Assembly (NCBI GenBank): GCA_963707215.1
Contig: CAVPPB010000002.1
Location: 26,865 to 90,864, forward strand
DNA: 64,000 bases
Source of the DNA: an uncultured Chloroflexia bacterium
GTDB lineage: Bacteria > Chloroflexota > Limnocylindria > Limnocylindrales > CSP1-4
Reading direction: 5' to 3'
Below are positions 61,315-64,000 of the stretch, in pieces (the stretch's first letter is position 1; each line of letters starts with the position of its first letter). Both the position numbers and the translations under genes were made by a program. Below the pieces are notes generated by a model. That model was not told the origin of the DNA and ran no database searches. It saw only the letters and a program-made list of their open reading frames with translations.

Positions 61315-62676
61315 ATGACCCTCTCCTACCCGGAGGCCCTTGAGGCACTCGCCGAACGCGGTCGCTTCGGCATCCGCCTCGGCCTTGGTCGGACCCGTGC
61401 GTTGCTCCGTGAGCTGGGATCGCCGGAAGCCGCGGTCCGGGGTGCCCTCATCGCCGGTACCAATGGCAAGGGCAGCGTCCTGGCCCTCTGCGACGCGGCC
61501 CTTCGGGCGGCCGGCCACCGGGTCGGGGCGACCCCCAAGCCTCACCTCGTCTCGTACCGGGAGCGGCTCCAGGTGGATGGCGTCCCGGTCGATCCAGCGA
61601 CCTTCGCCCGCCTCGTCGGGGAGGTCCTGCCGATCGCCGAGCGGGTCGCCCGCCGGCACGGCCCGCCGACCGAGTTCGAGCTCCTGACGGCGATGGTCTT
61701 CCGCTGGTTCGCGGAGATGGGCGTCGAGATCGCCATCGTGGAGGTCGGCCTGGGCGGGCGCCTCGACGCGACCCACGCCTGGGATGGCGGGGTCGCCGTG
61801 GTGACGAACGTGGAGCTCGACCACACGGATCGACTCGGCGCGACGATCGCGGCCATCGCCCGCGAGAAGGCGGCCATCATCGAGCGCGGCAACCTGGCGG
61901 TGACGGGCGCCGAGGGCGATGCCCTGGCCGTCGTCCGGCGGCGCGCCGCTCGCCTTGGCGTGCCGCTCGAGGTCGTCCGTCCGGCTCCGGTCCTGGCCCA
62001 TGACGTCGACGGCCTGCTCGTCGAGCTCGGCTCGCTCGGGGCCGCGCGGGTCGGCCTGCTGGGTCGCCACCAGGCCGCCAACGTCGCCGTCGCCGACGCG
62101 ACCCTCGACGCGCTCGCCGCCGCCGGCATCGCCGACACCCCGCCCGCGGCACGGCGAGCCGGCTTCTCCGACGCCCGCTGGCCAGGGCGCCTCGAACTCA
62201 TCGAGGTCGTCGGGCCGGACGGTCCGCGTCGGATCCTGCTCGACGGTGCCCACAATCCGTCCGGCGCTCGGGCCCTCGCTGCGGCTCTCGAGGATCTCGG
62301 CCCGTCGCTCGCGTTCGGCCGCCCCCCCGTATCGCCGACGCTGCTCATCGGCTCGATGGCCGACAAGGACGTCGCTGGCATGGCGGCCGCCCTCGCGACG
62401 TCCCCGGCCCTCCGGGGCGCCCTGGTCGTCGCCACGAGGCCGAGTGGTCCGCGCGCCTTGGCACCCGCCGACCTCGCTGCGGGCTGGGCCCGCCTCGACC
62501 CCACCGCCCTGATCGAGATCATCGAGGACCCGGGAGCGGCCCTCGACCGCGCCCTGGCTCTGGCGCCCGGGCCCGTCGTCGTGGCAGGCTCCCTCTACCT
62601 CGTCGGCGAGATCCGCGGCCGGCTCGTCGACGGACCGATCGAGCCCGATCCGGCCATCGCTGGGAGCCCGGCATGA
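61315..62676 (+). CDS. folC: bifunctional folylpolyglutamate synthase / dihydrofolate synthase
   Basis: IAGTNGKGSV (Mur-ligase P-loop) and VVTNVELDHTDRLGATIAAIAREKAAII are present. Confidence 0.88.
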   Translation: MTLSYPEALEALAERGRFGIRLGLGRTRALLRELGSPEAAVRGALIAGTNGKGSVLALCDAALRAAGHRVGATPKPHLVSYRERLQVDGVPVDPATFARLVGEVLPIAERVARRHGPPTEFELLTAMVFRWFAEMGVEIAIVEVGLGGRLDATHAWDGGVAVVTNVELDHTDRLGATIAAIAREKAAIIERGNLAVTGAEGDALAVVRRRAARLGVPLEVVRPAPVLAHDVDGLLVELGSLGAARVGLLGRHQAANVAVADATLDALAAAGIADTPPAARRAGFSDARWPGRLELIEVVGPDGPRRILLDGAHNPSGARALAAALEDLGPSLAFGRPPVSPTLLIGSMADKDVAGMAAALATSPALRGALVVATRPSGPRALAPADLAAGWARLDPTALIEIIEDPGAALDRALALAPGPVVVAGSLYLVGEIRGRLVDGPIEPDPAIAGSPA

Positions 62677-63710
62677 CCAAGGGACCCGAGCAGCCCCGCC
62701 CCTCGGCCGACGCCGCCGACGCCGCCGACACGGTCGCTGCTGATCGGCCGGCCTCCGGTGTGGTGAGCGCGCGGCCCGATCTCGGCGGCGGCGCGGCCAC
62801 GCCATCCTTCGCCCTGCCCGCCGGGGCGCTCCCGGGCCTGCCCGGGCAGGCGGCCCCGACCGCCGTCGGACGCCGCTCGTTCGAATGGGGCAGCCGGACG
62901 TACGTCATGGGCATCCTCAACGTCACGCCCGACTCGTTCTCCGGCGACGGCCTGCTCGGCGAGGACGGCCAGCCCGTTGCCGCGGCTCGGACCCTCGCCG
63001 ACCGGATGGCGGCCGACGGGGCGGACATCATCGACGTCGGCGGCGAGTCGACGCGGCCCGGCCACGCCCCGGTCGATGCGCAAGCCGAGGCCGCCCGGGT
63101 GGTACCCGTCATCCGGGCCGTGCGGGCGAGCCTGCCCGACCTGCCGATCTCGGTCGACACGACCAAGGCGTCCGTGGCCGAAGCAGCGATCGACGCGGGC
63201 GCCGACCTGGTCAACGACGTGGCCGCGACGTCCCCTTCCACCGAGCTGCTGCGGGTCGCCGCCGAGCGCCAGGTCCCGGTCGTGCTCATGCACGATCGGT
63301 CCGAGGCACGCTACGTCAACATGGTCGCCGAGGTCGTCTCCGACCTGGAGCGAGCCATCGAGCGGGCCCTGTATGCGGGGGTCGCCTGGGAGCGGATCCT
63401 GGTCGACCCCGGCTTCGGATTCGGCAAGACCCCGGCCCAGAACCTCGTGCTGCTCCGGGAGCTGCCCCTCCTGCGGGTGCTGCGACGACCCCTCGTCCTC
63501 GGGACCTCGCGCAAGTCGACGCTGGGCAAGATCCTGGACCTGCCGCCCGAGGACCGCCTTGAGGCGACCCTCGCCACCACGGCACTGGCGGTCGCCGCCG
63601 GCGTCGACCTCGTCCGGGTCCATGAAGTCGGCCCGAACGTCCGGGTCGCCCGGGTCGCCGACGCGATCGTCCGGGGCGGCCACCCGCTCGAGACGGAGGG
63701 AAGTCGCTGA
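62673..63710 (+). CDS. folP: dihydropteroate synthase
   Basis: VMGILNVTPDSFSGDG...DIIDVGGESTRPG...DTTKASVAEAAIDAGADLVNDV...GTSRKS match FolP motifs. It overlaps the folC stop. Confidence 0.9.
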   Translation: MTKGPEQPRPSADAADAADTVAADRPASGVVSARPDLGGGAATPSFALPAGALPGLPGQAAPTAVGRRSFEWGSRTYVMGILNVTPDSFSGDGLLGEDGQPVAAARTLADRMAADGADIIDVGGESTRPGHAPVDAQAEAARVVPVIRAVRASLPDLPISVDTTKASVAEAAIDAGADLVNDVAATSPSTELLRVAAERQVPVVLMHDRSEARYVNMVAEVVSDLERAIERALYAGVAWERILVDPGFGFGKTPAQNLVLLRELPLLRVLRRPLVLGTSRKSTLGKILDLPPEDRLEATLATTALAVAAGVDLVRVHEVGPNVRVARVADAIVRGGHPLETEGSR

Positions 63711-64000
63711 TGGACCGGGTCTTCGTGCGGGGGATCCTCGTGGACGGCCACCACGGGTCGGAGGCTGCCGAGCGCGCCGAGGCGCAGCCCTTCGCGGTCG
63801 ACGTGGAGCTCGCGCTCGACCTCGGGCCGGCCGGCCGCTCGGACGATCTCGAGCGGACCGCCGACTACGCGGCCATCGATCGCGAGGTGCGGCGGGTCGT
63901 GGCGACGACCAGCTTCCGGCTCCTCGAAGCCCTGGCCGAGGCGATCGCCGGCGCTCTCCTGGCCGGCTTCCCGGCCGACGAGGTCGCTGTCCGGATCGCC
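63710..64000 (+). CDS. folB: dihydroneopterin aldolase, 3'-truncated by the window end
   Basis: MDRVFVRGILVDGHHGSEAAERAEAQPFAVDVEL is the FolB N-terminus. There is a TGATG overlap with folP. Confidence 0.8.
   Translation, partial: MDRVFVRGILVDGHHGSEAAERAEAQPFAVDVELALDLGPAGRSDDLERTADYAAIDREVRRVVATTSFRLLEALAEAIAGALLAGFPADEVAVRIA

Noticed and set aside
59943-61316. 457-aa minus-strand ORF and the 60285 plus-strand ORF covering the Big-domain gene start and the folC upstream region
   Set aside because: The translations are RG-rich nonsense apart from the last 97 codons of the plus-strand ORF, which are kept as a small Cys protein. The Big-domain gene start was set where G/C third-position bias begins (60715).

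Overview
This is a high-GC (about 70%) bacterial chromosomal window, most likely from an actinobacterium; the assembly may be a MAG or of draft quality. The ends are conserved housekeeping genes: rplI, dinB, a C1-folate cluster (cyclodeaminase-folD-fhs) at the 5' end, and folC-folP-folB at the 3' end. In between are the following. (i) A histidine-utilisation locus, hutH, hutU, ftcD and hutI, with an ExeM/NucH-type extracellular nuclease, a GNAT and an MFS transporter embedded in it. (ii) argS. (iii) A surface-protein locus: a 1,756-aa DUF11-repeat protein carrying a perfect 729-bp internal tandem duplication, flanked by two paralogous secreted proteins. All three share an unusual C-terminal TPPxTD / transmembrane / basic tail. 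(iv) A minus-strand string of ECF sigma/anti-sigma, PHP phosphatase, kbl-tdh, FAH and DUF3105. (v) A LacI-regulated maltodextrin-type ABC transporter with two GH13 hydrolases. (vi) tRNA-Glu, a NarL-type response regulator, galU and a PASTA Ser/Thr kinase. Many genes between about 9.9-27.3 kb and 49.2-50.6 kb are broken by frameshifts: DedA, hutH, hutU, nucH, ftcD, hutI, an MBL hydrolase, a lipoprotein, essential argS and both GH13 genes. Because argS is among them, assembly indel error is the likelier cause, not real gene decay. Most long ORFs in the six-frame track are GC-rich antisense shadow ORFs and were ignored.
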